Assembly (NCBI GenBank): GCA_963758635.1
Contig: CAVWWD010000005.1
Span: forward strand, 128,001 to 192,000
Direction: 5' to 3'
DNA from: an uncultured Candidatus Rokubacteria bacterium
GTDB lineage: Bacteria; Methylomirabilota; Methylomirabilia; Rokubacteriales; CSP1-6
Length of the DNA: 64,000 nucleotides
Made by a program: the position numbers and the translations under genes. Below the pieces are notes generated by a model. The model worked only from the letters and a program-made list of their open reading frames with translations, was not told the DNA's origin and ran no database searches. This document shows, in pieces, positions 50,434 through 61,284 of this stretch. Numbering within the stretch: the stretch's first letter is position 1; each line of letters begins with the position of its first letter.

Positions 50434-51123
50434 ATGACCGAGCGCCCGCCGCTGCTGCTGGCCGAGGAGCTCGAGAAGGAATACCGCGCGGGCCCGGAGC
50501 CGGTGCGCGTGCTGCGCGGGGTGTCCCTCACGGTCAACGCCGGCGAGTCGGTGGCGGTCATCGGCGCGTCCGGGGTGGGGAAGTCGACCCTCCTCCATCT
50601 GCTGGGCGCGCTCGACCATCCGTCGGCCGGGCGCCTGGCCTTCGACGGCGAGGACGTGTTCTCGCGCTCGGAGAGCCAGCTCGCGAGGCTCCGGCGCACC
50701 CAGGTCGGGTTCGTCTTCCAGTTCGGCAACCTCCTCGGCGAGATGACCGCGGTGGAGAACGCCATGCTCCCCGCCATGCTCCAGCGGCTGCCCCCCGTCG
50801 AGGCGCGCGAGCGGGCGGAGGCGCTCCTGGTCGAGGTGGGCCTGGCAGAGCGCATGGGGCATCGCCCGGGCGAGCTGTCGGGAGGCGAGCAGCAGCGGGT
50901 CGCCATTGCGCGCGCCCTCTGCGGCCGGCCCCGCGTGATCATCGCCGACGAGCCCACCGGCAACCTGGATCCGAAGACCAGCGAGGTCATCTGGGACCTG
51001 TTCCTCCGTCTGCAGGCCGAGCGGGGCCTCGCCATCGTCGTCGCCACCCACAACCACGATCTCGCGCGCCGCGCCGACCGCGCCTACCAGCTTGTCGAGG
51101 GTCGCGCGCTGCCGTGGCCGTGA
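50434..51123 (+). CDS. lolD: Lipoprotein-releasing ABC ATPase
   Basis: GASGVGKST, LSGGEQQR, DEPTGNLD. Confidence 0.88.
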   Translation: MTERPPLLLAEELEKEYRAGPEPVRVLRGVSLTVNAGESVAVIGASGVGKSTLLHLLGALDHPSAGRLAFDGEDVFSRSESQLARLRRTQVGFVFQFGNLLGEMTAVENAMLPAMLQRLPPVEARERAEALLVEVGLAERMGHRPGELSGGEQQRVAIARALCGRPRVIIADEPTGNLDPKTSEVIWDLFLRLQAERGLAIVVATHNHDLARRADRAYQLVEGRALPWP

Positions 51124-51278
51124 GGCCGGGGGACACCGGATCAAGCAGATAGGCGTGTTCGGCGCGTCCGATAGCAGATTCCGCTAGGAGAGGTCCGGCG
51201 GCGGGAGGTATACTCGGGTCAGGTTCGTGGGGCGGAGCCCTCACACTACCTAAACCCCTACTGGAGCGAGGGAGACAC

Positions 51279-53726
51279 GTGTTCGAACGGTTCACTGAGC
51301 GAGCGCGTCGGGTCATCATTCTGGCGAGGGAGGAGGCTGGGCGGTTCCGCCACGACTTCGTCGGGACGGAGCACATCCTCCTTGGTCTCATCCGCGACGG
51401 GGAGGGCATCGCCACCGCCGTCCTGCAGCGCCTGGGCCTCCGGCTGGAGACAGTCAAGGCCGAGGTCGAGCGCGCGCTCGCCGGGTTCCCGAAGACCCTC
51501 ACGTTCGGCGAGGTGCCGTTCACCCCGCAGGCCAAGCGCGTCCTCGAGCTCTCCATCGAGGAGGCTCGCCAGCTCGGGCACAACTACATCGGGACCGAGC
51601 ACCTCCTCCTGGGCCTGATGAAGGAAGCCCAGTCGATCGCGGCCAAGATCCTCGAGTCGCTCGGCGCGCGGCTCGACGAGGTCCGCCAGGAGACCCTGGC
51701 CCTGCTCGGCGATCAGTACTACCCGCGGCCCAAGAAGCGCTCCCAGACCCCCGTCCTCGACGAGTTCGCCCGTGACCTCACGCAGCTCGCCCGCGAGAAC
51801 AAGCTGGACCCCGTGATCGGCCGCGAGACCGAGATCGAGCGGGTCATCCAGATCCTCGCCCGCCGGACCAAGAACAACCCCGTCCTCATCGGGGAGCCCG
51901 GCGTCGGCAAGACCGCCATCGTCGAAGGGCTGGCCCAGCGCATCGTCAGCCACGAGGTCCCGGACGTCCTCGCCCAGAAGCGCCTCCTCCAGCTCGACCT
52001 CGGCGCGCTCGTGGCCGGCACCAAGTACCGCGGGCAGTTCGAGGAACGGCTCAAAGCGGTCATGAAGGAGATCCGCCAGTCGGAGAACGTCGTCCTCTTC
52101 CTGGACGAGCTCCACACGCTGATCGGAGCGGGGGCGGCGGAGGGCGCGATCGACGCGTCCAACATGCTCAAGCCCGCGCTCTCCCGCGGCGAGATCCAGA
52201 CCATCGGGGCGACCACCCTCGACGAGTACCGGAAGTACATCGAGAAGGACGGGGCCCTGGAGCGCCGCTTCCAGCCCGTGATCGTGCGCGCCCCCTCGGT
52301 GACCGAGTCGGTGGAGATCATCAAGGGCCTCCGGCACAAGTACGAGGCCCACCACCGGGTGAAGATCACCGACCAGGCCATCGACGCCGCGGTCAAGCTC
52401 GCCGACCGCTACATCACCGACCGCCAGCTCCCGGACAAGGCCATCGACGTCATCGACGAGGCCTCGTCGCGCACGCGGCTGATGGCCCTCATGCCGCCGC
52501 CGGAGATCAAGGAGCTCGGCAAGGAAGTCGAACGGGTGGTCCGCGAGAAGGACATGTACCTCGAGGCCCAGGAGTTCGAGAAGGCCGCCTCCCTGCGCGA
52601 GAAGGAGAAGCTCCTGCGCGGGCGGGACGAGGAGCTCAAGCGGGAGTGGGACAAGCGCAAGAACAAGGGCCCGCAGACGGTGAGCGAGGAGGACATCGAG
52701 TACATCGTCTCGCGGTGGACGGGCATCCCACTCTCCAAGCTCGAGGAGAAGGAGTCGGCCAAGCTCGCGCGGATGGAGGAAGCCCTCCACGCGCGCATCG
52801 TGGGCCAGCGCGACGCCGTCGTCGCCATCGCGCGCGCCATCCGGCGCTCCCGCGCCGGGCTCAAGGACAGCAAGCGTCCCGTGGGCTCGTTCATCTTCCT
52901 GGGCCCGACCGGCGTGGGGAAGACGGAGCTGGCCCGGGCCCTCGCCGAGTACCTCTTCGGCGACGAGAACGCGCTGATCCGCGTCGACATGTCCGAGTAC
53001 ATGGAGAAGTTCTCGGTGTCCCGGCTGCTCGGCGCCCCTCCCGGCTACGTCGGCTACGAAGAGGGCGGCTTCCTCACCGAGAAGGTCCGGCGGCGGCCGT
53101 ACTCCGTGGTGCTGTTCGACGAGATCGAGAAGGCTCATCCCGACGTGTTCAACATGCTTCTCCAGGTGCTCGACGACGGGCGGCTGTCGGACTCCGTGGG
53201 GCACGTGGTCGATTTCAAGAACACCATCCTCATCATGACCTCGAACCTCGGCACGAGCTTCCTGGGCAAGCGGACCAGCCCGGGCTTCCTCCCCGAGGGG
53301 GACGACGCGTCCTACGAGAAGATGAAGGGGCGGGTGCTCGAGGAGCTCAAGCGGGCGTTTCGCCCCGAGTTCCTGAACCGGATCGACGACACGATCGTCT
53401 TCCACGCGCTCAGCAAGGACGACATCACGGGCATCGTGCGTCTGATGCTGGCGCGCATCAACGCCCAGCTCGGCGACAAGGGCATCCACATCGAGCCGAC
53501 CGCAGCTGCGCTCGAGCTGCTCGTGGAGAAGGGCTACGACGCCACCTACGGGGCTCGCCAGCTGCGCCGGACCATCCAGAAGCACGTCGAGGACCCACTC
53601 GCCGAGGCCATCGTCCGCGGACAGGTCACTGAAGGCTCGCGGCTCGAATTGGACGTGGAGGGGGAGAATTTCGTCTTCCGGGAAGCCCAGGTTCCCGAGC
53701 CGCCGCTCGCTCTGGCGGAGCACTGA
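51279..53726 (+). CDS. clpC: Clp protease ATP-binding subunit ClpC
   Basis: [11 protein letters not shown], two Walker A motifs, UVR middle domain, PGF loop. Confidence 0.95.
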   Translation: MFERFTERARRVIILAREEAGRFRHDFVGTEHILLGLIRDGEGIATAVLQRLGLRLETVKAEVERALAGFPKTLTFGEVPFTPQAKRVLELSIEEARQLGHNYIGTEHLLLGLMKEAQSIAAKILESLGARLDEVRQETLALLGDQYYPRPKKRSQTPVLDEFARDLTQLARENKLDPVIGRETEIERVIQILARRTKNNPVLIGEPGVGKTAIVEGLAQRIVSHEVPDVLAQKRLLQLDLGALVAGTKYRGQFEERLKAVMKEIRQSENVVLFLDELHTLIGAGAAEGAIDASNMLKPALSRGEIQTIGATTLDEYRKYIEKDGALERRFQPVIVRAPSVTESVEIIKGLRHKYEAHHRVKITDQAIDAAVKLADRYITDRQLPDKAIDVIDEASSRTRLMALMPPPEIKELGKEVERVVREKDMYLEAQEFEKAASLREKEKLLRGRDEELKREWDKRKNKGPQTVSEEDIEYIVSRWTGIPLSKLEEKESAKLARMEEALHARIVGQRDAVVAIARAIRRSRAGLKDSKRPVGSFIFLGPTGVGKTELARALAEYLFGDENALIRVDMSEYMEKFSVSRLLGAPPGYVGYEEGGFLTEKVRRRPYSVVLFDEIEKAHPDVFNMLLQVLDDGRLSDSVGHVVDFKNTILIMTSNLGTSFLGKRTSPGFLPEGDDASYEKMKGRVLEELKRAFRPEFLNRIDDTIVFHALSKDDITGIVRLMLARINAQLGDKGIHIEPTAAALELLVEKGYDATYGARQLRRTIQKHVEDPLAEAIVRGQVTEGSRLELDVEGENFVFREAQVPEPPLALAEH

Positions 53727-53778
53727 TCGGCGGCTCGCGCCGCCTCGGCCCGACGGCTCGACGGTCCGCACGATCGTG

Positions 53779-56049
53779 ATGGGGAGAGTCTCTCTCCCGA
53801 TTTTTTTTGCCCTTCTGTCTCTGCTCACCCCCCTCGTCACCCTCGCCCAGGCCCCGCCCTCCGCGCAGCCCCCCATCGCGGTCAAGGAGCTGGCTCTCCA
53901 GGGGAACCGCCGCGTCCAGGAGGCGATCATCCTGGGGCGCATCTCCACCAGGGTGGGCACGGCGTTCTCGCCGACCCGGCTTGCCGAGGACATCCGCGCC
54001 GTCTTCGCGCTGGGCTTCTTCGATGACGTCCAGACCCGGGTGGAGGACTTCGAGGGCGGGTTGAAGGTCACCTTCATCCTCGTGGAGCGGCCGTTCATCC
54101 GCGACATCCAGTTCTCGGGCAACAAGAAGCTCGACGCCACCGCGCTCACCGAGAAGATCACGCTCAAGCTCGGGAGCGTGTACAACCCCGTCGAGGTGAA
54201 CCGCGCCGCCGAGAGGATCAAGGAGGCCTACGAGGAGGAGGGCTACTTCGAGGTCGCGGTCACCCCCGACGCCGAGCGCCTCCCCGACGGCGACGTGACC
54301 GTCGTGTTCCGGGTCGCCGAGGGGCGCCGCATGACGATCGACCAGATCGTCATCGAGGGGGCGAGCGGGCTCACCCCCAAGCAGGTGAAGGAGATCATGC
54401 TGACGCAGGAGCGCCAGTACTTCATCCTGCGCGGCACCGTGCAGCGGCAGAAGCTCGACGAGGACGTGGACCGCATCGTCCAGCTCTACGGCGACCACGG
54501 CTACATCCAGGCGCGGGTGGAGTCGGCGACCATCGAGCCGGATCGGGAGCGGGCGCGGGTCGTGGTCCGCATCGTCGTGGTGGAGGGGCCGCAGTTCCGC
54601 GTGGGCGGGATGGACATCACCGGCAACAGCGTCCTGCCCGTGGAGGAGATCCGCCGCCGGCTCCAGCTGTCCACCGGCGACGTCTTCTCCCGCGGGAAGC
54701 TCCGCGACAGCGTGAGGGGCATCCAGGACCTCTACGGGGTCATCGGGCGGGCGTCGGCCGACATCAACCCCGTCACCGTGCAGGACAACGCGAACCGGCG
54801 CATCAACATCACCATCGAGATCGCGGAAGGGCCGGAGACCTTCGTCGAGCGCATCAACATCTCGGGCAACACGCGCAGCGAGGAGAAGATCCTACGGCGC
54901 GAGATCCCCATGCACGAGGGCGACCTCTTCACGACGGCCAAGCTCGTGCGCGCCCGCCAGAAGCTCAACAACCTTGGCTACTTCGAGTCGGTCAAGGCGA
55001 CCACCTCGCCGGGGAGCAGCAAGGACAAGATCGTCGTCCACATCGAGGTCACCGAGAAGCCCACCGGCCTCTTCTCGATCGGCGGCGGTTACAGCTCCGC
55101 CGACGGGCTCCTCGGCAGCGTCGACCTGTCCCAGCGCAACTTCCTGGGCCGCGGCTGGGAGGTCTTCCTGCGCATCCGCGCCGGCGCCGAGACCCAGCAG
55201 GGGACGATCGGCTTCACCGAGCCGTGGCTCTTCGACCGGCCCCTCGCCGCCGGCTTCGACCTCTACAACAACCGCCGCGAGTACACCGAGTACACGGTCA
55301 ACTCCCTCGGCGGCGACCTCCGCCTCGGCCATCCCCTCGGGGACTTCGCCCGGTGGAACCTGTTCTACCGCCTCAGCGAGGACGAGATCTCCGACGTGCC
55401 CGACAACGCCAGCACGAGCCTGCTCGAGGAGGAGGGCACGCGGATCACCTCTCTCATCGGGGGCAGCATCACGTGGGACAGCCGCGACAACGTGTTCGAG
55501 CCGACGCGTGGGGTGTCCGCGTCCATCGGCGTCGACTTCGCCGGCCTCTTCTTCGGCGACTCGAAGTTCGTCCGCGCCATCGCGACCGTCGCGTACTTCC
55601 GGCCGCTGTGGTTCGGGCACGTCCTGGGCATGCGCGGAACGGTCGGCTACGCCGTGGGCTGGAGCGAGGAGTCCGTGCCCCTGTTCGAGCGCTTCTATCT
55701 GGGCGGCCCCAACTCGATCCGCAGCCGCAAGCTGCGTCAGGTGTCCCCGGTGGACTCGAGCGGCACGCGCATCGGCGGCAACAGCGAGGTGCTCGCCAAC
55801 GTCGAGTACGTGATACCGCTCTTCTTCGGCATCCGGGGCGCGGTGTTCTACGACGTGGGCAACGTCTTCGGACCCGACATCACGGGGGGGGACCCCGTCG
55901 ACCTCACCAAGGTGCGCCACGCCTTCGGTGTGGGCTTCCGCTGGGCCTCGCCTTTCGGGCCCCTCCGGGTCGACTACGGCGTGAACGTGGACCGGAAGAA
56001 GGGGGAGAGCTTCGGGGAGTTCCACTTCTCGGTGGGCGCGCCGTTTTGA
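53779..56049 (+). CDS. bamA: Outer membrane protein assembly factor BamA
   Basis: POTRA repeats, GGNSE, SPFGP, C-terminal Phe. Confidence 0.93.
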   Translation: MGRVSLPIFFALLSLLTPLVTLAQAPPSAQPPIAVKELALQGNRRVQEAIILGRISTRVGTAFSPTRLAEDIRAVFALGFFDDVQTRVEDFEGGLKVTFILVERPFIRDIQFSGNKKLDATALTEKITLKLGSVYNPVEVNRAAERIKEAYEEEGYFEVAVTPDAERLPDGDVTVVFRVAEGRRMTIDQIVIEGASGLTPKQVKEIMLTQERQYFILRGTVQRQKLDEDVDRIVQLYGDHGYIQARVESATIEPDRERARVVVRIVVVEGPQFRVGGMDITGNSVLPVEEIRRRLQLSTGDVFSRGKLRDSVRGIQDLYGVIGRASADINPVTVQDNANRRINITIEIAEGPETFVERINISGNTRSEEKILRREIPMHEGDLFTTAKLVRARQKLNNLGYFESVKATTSPGSSKDKIVVHIEVTEKPTGLFSIGGGYSSADGLLGSVDLSQRNFLGRGWEVFLRIRAGAETQQGTIGFTEPWLFDRPLAAGFDLYNNRREYTEYTVNSLGGDLRLGHPLGDFARWNLFYRLSEDEISDVPDNASTSLLEEEGTRITSLIGGSITWDSRDNVFEPTRGVSASIGVDFAGLFFGDSKFVRAIATVAYFRPLWFGHVLGMRGTVGYAVGWSEESVPLFERFYLGGPNSIRSRKLRQVSPVDSSGTRIGGNSEVLANVEYVIPLFFGIRGAVFYDVGNVFGPDITGGDPVDLTKVRHAFGVGFRWASPFGPLRVDYGVNVDRKKGESFGEFHFSVGAPF

Positions 56050-56053
56050 GCCA

Positions 56054-56126
56054 TCGGAGGGGCCTCGATGGCCCCCTCCGAAGCCTCCCCCGAGAAGCAA
56101 AGGGGGCGCGGGCTTCGTCCGCGCTC
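56054..56126. repeat. Double-hairpin REP-like intergenic element
   Basis: tcggaggggcc..ggccccctccga and gggcgcggg..tccgcgctc. Confidence 0.5.
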
Positions 56127-56251
56127 GAACGTGAAACGATCGAGCGGCCCACGAACATGTAACACCGGGTGCCGGGTCCTGGGGGCGTCGCCATTCCCGG
56201 CGGTGTACTCTTGGGGCGGCTGGGACAACGAGAGGTCAGGAGGACGCGAGG

Positions 56252-56812
56252 ATGAGGAGAGCAGTCCTGCAGATTCTGGGCGCGGCGGTCGCCGTCGTGA
56301 CCTTGGCCGCAGGCGGCTGGTGGACGCTGCGAGCGGAGGCCCAGGGGCCCGCGCTCAAGCTGGGCGTCGTGGACGTTCAGCGCGTGCTCGCCCGGTCGTC
56401 GGCCGGCGTGGCCGCCCGGGAGAACCTCGAGCGCGACAAGGCCGTCATGCAGAAGCAGGTCGACGGGCAGCGCGTGGAGGCCGAGAAGCTCCGCGACGAG
56501 CTCGAGAAGAAGGGGCAGCTCCTGTCCGCCGACGCCCGGCGCGAGAAGCAGGAGAACCTCGAGCGCAAGGTCCGTGACGTCCGCCGGCTCGTCGACGACC
56601 TCCAGAAGGAGCTGCAGAAGAAGGAGCAGGAGGCGCTCGCCCGCGTCCTCAACGACATCTCCGGCGTCGTCCAGAAGATCGGCAAGGACCGGGGCTACAC
56701 GATGATCGTCGAGCGGCGCGGTGGCGCGGTGATCTGGGGCGCGCCGGAGATCGACATCACCGACGAGGTCGTCCGGGTCTTCGACGACGACGCCAAGAAG
56801 GGCAAGAAGTAG
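56252..56812 (+). CDS. skp: OmpH/Skp periplasmic chaperone
   Basis: Signal peptide, KLGVVDVQR, coiled coil, DITDEV. Confidence 0.92.
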   Translation: MRRAVLQILGAAVAVVTLAAGGWWTLRAEAQGPALKLGVVDVQRVLARSSAGVAARENLERDKAVMQKQVDGQRVEAEKLRDELEKKGQLLSADARREKQENLERKVRDVRRLVDDLQKELQKKEQEALARVLNDISGVVQKIGKDRGYTMIVERRGGAVIWGAPEIDITDEVVRVFDDDAKKGKK

Positions 56813-56820
56813 GCACGGGC

Positions 56821-57852
56821 GTGTCCCGCCCCACCACTCTGGGCGAGGTGGCGTCGGCCCTCGGCGCGACGCTGGACGGTGACGCGAGCCGCCCCGTGCG
56901 CGGGGTCGCGCCGCTCGAGACGGCGGGCCCCGACGACGTGTCGTTCCTCGTCAGCGAGCGCTACCAGCGTGCGGCCGAGCGAACACGCGCCGCCGCGGTG
57001 GTGGCGCCCGCCGACGCCCAGCGCTTGCCCTGCGCCGTGCTGCGCGTGGCCGCCCCGCGCGCCGCGATGATCGCGCTGCTCCGGCTCTTCCATCCCGAGC
57101 CCGTCACGAGCCCGGGCGTCCACCCGCTGGCCCACGTGGCGCCGGGAGCCGTCGTCGATCCCACCGCGGCCATCGGGCCCTTCGCGGTGATCGAGGCCGG
57201 CGCGCGGGTGGGCCGGAACGCCCGCGTCGGGGCGCTGGCCTACGTGGGCGTGGGCGCCGAGGTGGGGGAGGACACGACGCTGCATCCGCACGTCGTCGTG
57301 CAGGACGGTGTCCGCGTCGGCCGGCGCGTCATCGTCCACCCGGGCGCGGTCCTGGGCGCCGACGGGTTCGGCTACGCGTTCGAGGACGGCGCCCACCGCA
57401 AGATCCCGCAGGTGGGGGGAGTGCGGATCGAGGACGACGTTGAGATCGGCGCCAACACCACCGTGGACCGCGGCATGCTGGGCGACACGGTGATCGGGCG
57501 CGGCAGCAAGCTCGACAACCTGATCCAGGTGGGACACAACTGCCAGGTCGGCGCGGACGTGATCCTCGTCGCCCAGGTGGGCCTGTCGGGATCGTGCCGC
57601 GTCGGCGACCGCGCGGTCCTCGCCGGCCAGGTCGGCGTGGCCGACCACGTGTCGATCGGGGCCGGCGCCACCCTGGTCGGCCAGGCCGGAGTGACGAGCG
57701 ACGTCCCCGCCGGACAGGTGCGGGGCGGCACGCCCGCCCGCCCGTTCGCGGAGATGCGCCGGATGTGGGCGGCGGAGCGCATGCTCCCCGACCTCCTGCG
57801 CAAGGTGCGCGCCCTGGAGCAGCGCGTCCGCGAGCTCGAGTCGACACGATGA
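56821..57852 (+). CDS. lpxD: UDP-3-O-acylglucosamine N-acyltransferase
   Basis: Hexapeptide repeats, [24 protein letters not shown]. Confidence 0.95.
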   Translation: MSRPTTLGEVASALGATLDGDASRPVRGVAPLETAGPDDVSFLVSERYQRAAERTRAAAVVAPADAQRLPCAVLRVAAPRAAMIALLRLFHPEPVTSPGVHPLAHVAPGAVVDPTAAIGPFAVIEAGARVGRNARVGALAYVGVGAEVGEDTTLHPHVVVQDGVRVGRRVIVHPGAVLGADGFGYAFEDGAHRKIPQVGGVRIEDDVEIGANTTVDRGMLGDTVIGRGSKLDNLIQVGHNCQVGADVILVAQVGLSGSCRVGDRAVLAGQVGVADHVSIGAGATLVGQAGVTSDVPAGQVRGGTPARPFAEMRRMWAAERMLPDLLRKVRALEQRVRELESTR

Positions 57853-58691
57853 CGACAACCGCCGGGGGGATCCATCCCACCGCGATCGTGGACCCGCGCG
57901 CGCGGCTCGGCGCCGGCGTATCGGTGGGGCCGGGCAGCATCGTCGGTCCGGACGTGGAGCTGGGCGACGGCGTCACGATCGGCGCCCACGCCATCCTGGA
58001 GGGACGCGTGACGGTGGGCGCGCGCTGCCGGGTCGGCCATGGCACGATCGTGGGCGCGCCGCCCCAGGACTTGAGGTTCCGCGCGGGCACGCCGGCGGGC
58101 GTGCGGATCGGCGAGGACACCGTGATCCGCGAGTACGTCACGATCCACCACGCGACCCGCGAGGGCGGCGACACCACGGTGGGCCGCCACTGCCTGCTCA
58201 TGACCGCGACCCACATCGCCCACGACTGCGTGGTCGGCGATGACGTCATCATGATCAACAACGCCGCCCTCACCGGTCACGTCCTCGTCGAGGACCGGGC
58301 CACGGTGGGCGGGATGAGCGGCCTCCACCCGTTCACGCGCCTGGGCTTCCTCGGCTACATCGGGGGCCATTCCAAGGTGACGCAGGACGTGCCGCCGTTC
58401 GTCATCGCCGACGGCGTGCCGGCCCACGGGCACTCCGTCAACGTCATCGGCATGCGGCGCGCCGGCATCGACGGGGCGTCGCGGCGGCAGGTTCAGGAGG
58501 CGTTTCGGATCCTCTACCGGTCGGGGCTCGCCGCGGGCGCGGCGGTGGCACGCCTGCGCGCGGAGATGGGCGGGACGCCGCTCGTGGCCCGCATGGCCGA
58601 CTTCGTCGCGAGCTCCAAGCGAGGCATCGTGCCGGCCGCCCGCGGCGCATCGGAGGCCGAGGACGCTCGCGCCGAGGAGACGGTCTCGTGA
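57849..58691 (+). CDS. lpxA: Acyl-ACP:UDP-GlcNAc acyltransferase
   Basis: [30 protein letters not shown]. Confidence 0.93.
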   Translation: MTTTAGGIHPTAIVDPRARLGAGVSVGPGSIVGPDVELGDGVTIGAHAILEGRVTVGARCRVGHGTIVGAPPQDLRFRAGTPAGVRIGEDTVIREYVTIHHATREGGDTTVGRHCLLMTATHIAHDCVVGDDVIMINNAALTGHVLVEDRATVGGMSGLHPFTRLGFLGYIGGHSKVTQDVPPFVIADGVPAHGHSVNVIGMRRAGIDGASRRQVQEAFRILYRSGLAAGAAVARLRAEMGGTPLVARMADFVASSKRGIVPAARGASEAEDARAEETVS

Positions 58692-59719
58692 GGCGGAACG
58701 GAGAGCCGCGGATCCGGGCGGGGGTGGTCGGCGCCGGCCACATGGGGCAGTATCACATCCTCGCCCTCATGGAGCTGTGGGACATCGAGCTCGTCGGCAT
58801 CGTCGACACCAACGTCAAGAAGGCGGAGGAGGTGGCGGGCACCTATGGCATCCGCGCCTTCTCCGACCACCGGGAGATCGCCGGCCGCGTGGACGTGGTG
58901 ACGGTGGCCGTGCCCACCGACCTGCACTTCCCGGTGGCGCGCGACTTCCTCGAGGCGGGCGTCCACGTCCTCGTCGAGAAGCCGATGACGCCGACCCTCG
59001 AGGAAGCCAAGGAGCTGTTCCGCATCGCGCGGCAGCGCAACCGCGTGCTCCACGTGGGTCACGTCGAGCGGTTCAACGGCGCGGTGCAGGAGCTCCGGAA
59101 GATCGTCGAGCGCCCCATCCTCATCGAGTCGCGGCGCCTCGGGCCCTTCGCCCCCCGCGTCCAGAACGACTCGGTGGTGATGGACCTCATGATCCACGAC
59201 ATCGACATCGTGCTGGGGCTGGTCGACGGCGAGCCGCGGAGGATCACCGCGGTGGGCTCCTCCGTCCACAGTGGGGTCTGCGACGTGGCCACCGTGCAGA
59301 TCCTCTTCGACACCGGCGCCATGGCCACGATCACGGCGAGCCGCGCCACCGAGGAGAAGATCCGCACCCTCGCCATCACCCAGCCCGACGCCTACATCCA
59401 GCTCGACTACCAGGACCAGGACATCCAGATCCACCGCCGCGCCGCCCAGGAGTACACGGTCAACCGGGAGTCGATCCGCTACCGGCAGGCGTCGTTCGTC
59501 GAGCATCTGTTCGTGCACAAGGACAACCCCCTCAAGCTGGAGATCCGCCACCTCATCTCGGCGGCGCGCGCCGCCCAGGCGACGGGACGCGTCGAGCTGC
59601 CGGAGGCCGAGGACCTCCGCTCGCTGGCCGTCGCGCTGGAGATCGAGCGGATGGTCCGTGAGGGCCGGGGCGAGACGGCCTGGCCCGAAGATCTTCCGTG
59701 GAGCGCCAGCTCGGCCTGA
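58688..59719 (+). CDS. Gfo/Idh/MocA oxidoreductase, GnnA-like by context
   Basis: GAGHMG, VEKP, GHVERFN, DLMIHDID; located between lpxA and lpxB. Confidence 0.8.
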   Translation: MRRNGEPRIRAGVVGAGHMGQYHILALMELWDIELVGIVDTNVKKAEEVAGTYGIRAFSDHREIAGRVDVVTVAVPTDLHFPVARDFLEAGVHVLVEKPMTPTLEEAKELFRIARQRNRVLHVGHVERFNGAVQELRKIVERPILIESRRLGPFAPRVQNDSVVMDLMIHDIDIVLGLVDGEPRRITAVGSSVHSGVCDVATVQILFDTGAMATITASRATEEKIRTLAITQPDAYIQLDYQDQDIQIHRRAAQEYTVNRESIRYRQASFVEHLFVHKDNPLKLEIRHLISAARAAQATGRVELPEAEDLRSLAVALEIERMVREGRGETAWPEDLPWSASSA

Positions 59720-60540
59720 TGGCCGGAGCCGGGACGCTTCCGGCCCGCGCCGCCGCCGAGGCCCGCCGCCAGGGATGGCGCGTCCTCGCCTTCGCATTCG
59801 ACCACGCGCCCACGCTGGACGGCGAGGCCGACACGGTGATCCCGTCGAGCCTCACCGATGTGCAGGCCGTGCTGTCCGTGCTGCAGGAACGCCGCGTCGA
59901 GGCCGTCCTCTTCGCGGGCAAGCTCGCCGCGCAGAGCATCCTCGACCGGGCCGACGCGCTCGACGAGGCCGGCCATCGCATCGCCGCCGGCGGGCTCTCC
60001 GACTCCGCGCTCACCCAGATGGTCCTCGCCACGTTCGGCGCCATGGGCATCGAGGTCCTGGACCAGCGGCGCTTCCTCGGGCCCCATCTCTTCTCCGAGC
60101 GCTCCCTCGCCGCCCGCGGCCTGACCTCGCGCCCGCCCACCGAGAGCGAGTGGGAGGAGGTCCGCGCGGGCGTCATGCTGGCACGCACGATGGCCAGCCA
60201 GGGCATCGGTCAGACGGTGGTGCGCGCCCGCGGGGTGACGGTGGCGGTGGAGGCCGCCGAGGGCACCGACGACACGATCCGCCGCGGGACGCGCCTGGCC
60301 GGGCCCGGCGCGGTGGTCGTGAAGGCGGTGGCTCCGGCCCACGACTTCCGCTTCGACGTGCCCGCGGTGGGGCCGGCCACCCTCCAGGTGATGGCGGCGG
60401 GACGCGCCCGCGTGCTCGCGGTCGAGCGCGGCAACGTGCTCCTCGCCGACCCGGCCGAGGTCGTCCGCATCGCGGCGGATGCCGACATCGCCGTGGTCGG
60501 CGTGGGCGCGGACCTCGTTGTGGAGGAACGCGGATCGTGA
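59698..60540 (+). CDS. lpxI: UDP-2,3-diacylglucosamine hydrolase LpxI
   Basis: LMAGAGTLP, IGQTVV, AVEAAEGTD, DFRFDVPAVG. Confidence 0.85.
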   Translation: MERQLGLMAGAGTLPARAAAEARRQGWRVLAFAFDHAPTLDGEADTVIPSSLTDVQAVLSVLQERRVEAVLFAGKLAAQSILDRADALDEAGHRIAAGGLSDSALTQMVLATFGAMGIEVLDQRRFLGPHLFSERSLAARGLTSRPPTESEWEEVRAGVMLARTMASQGIGQTVVRARGVTVAVEAAEGTDDTIRRGTRLAGPGAVVVKAVAPAHDFRFDVPAVGPATLQVMAAGRARVLAVERGNVLLADPAEVVRIAADADIAVVGVGADLVVEERGS

Positions 60541-60618
60541 CATCGGCGAGCGGGCGAACACCGCGCTCCTTCGTACACGCGGAGTGCCTGCTCGTCGATT
60601 CCCTCCGCGACGGGGAGC

Positions 60619-61266
60619 GTGGCTGACCGCGGACCCGGCGCCTCCGCCGGCGCGATCATGCTCTCCGCCGGCGAAGCCTCGGGTGTCCCCGTGATCGGAC
60701 TGTTTCCGGGGAGCCGGCGGCAGGAGATCGAGCGCCTCGTGCCCGCCATGGCGGACGCGGCGGCGCGGCTTCGCCGCGAGCGCCCCGCCGCGCGCATCGT
60801 GCTCGGGCGCGCGCCCACCGTCGACGCCGCGCGCGTGGACGCGCTCCTCGCCTCGGCGGGTGACGCGCGGGTCGAGGTCCGCCTTGGCAGCCACGAGCTG
60901 ATGGCCGCGGCCGACCTCCTGCTCATCGCCTCGGGCACGGCGACGCTCGAGGCGGCGCTGCTCGGCACGCCCATGGTCGTCTGCTATCGCGTGTCGCGCA
61001 CCACCGAGATGACCGTGCGCCTGCTCGCGCGCGTGCCCCGCTCCAGCCTGCCGAACATCCTCGGCGGCCGGGAGGTCGTGCGCGAGGTGCTGCAGGACGA
61101 CGTGACGGGCGCGCGGCTGGCCGACGAGGCGCGACGGCTCCTCGCGCCGTCGGGGCCCGCGGACGAGCAGCGCCGCGCCTTCGCCGAGATCCGCGACGGG
61201 CTCGGCAAGGAGGTCGTGGCCGCCCGCGCCGCCGCCGCCGTGCTCCGCGCCGCGCGCGCGTCATGA
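60619..61266 (+). CDS. lpxB: Lipid-A-disaccharide synthase, internally deleted (215 aa)
   Basis: AGEASG joined directly to IGLFPGSRRQE; ASGTATLE, PMVVCY, SLPNI. Confidence 0.8.
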   Translation: MADRGPGASAGAIMLSAGEASGVPVIGLFPGSRRQEIERLVPAMADAAARLRRERPAARIVLGRAPTVDAARVDALLASAGDARVEVRLGSHELMAAADLLLIASGTATLEAALLGTPMVVCYRVSRTTEMTVRLLARVPRSSLPNILGGREVVREVLQDDVTGARLADEARRLLAPSGPADEQRRAFAEIRDGLGKEVVAARAAAAVLRAARAS

Positions 61267-61284
61267 GAGTGCCCGAACGTCGTC

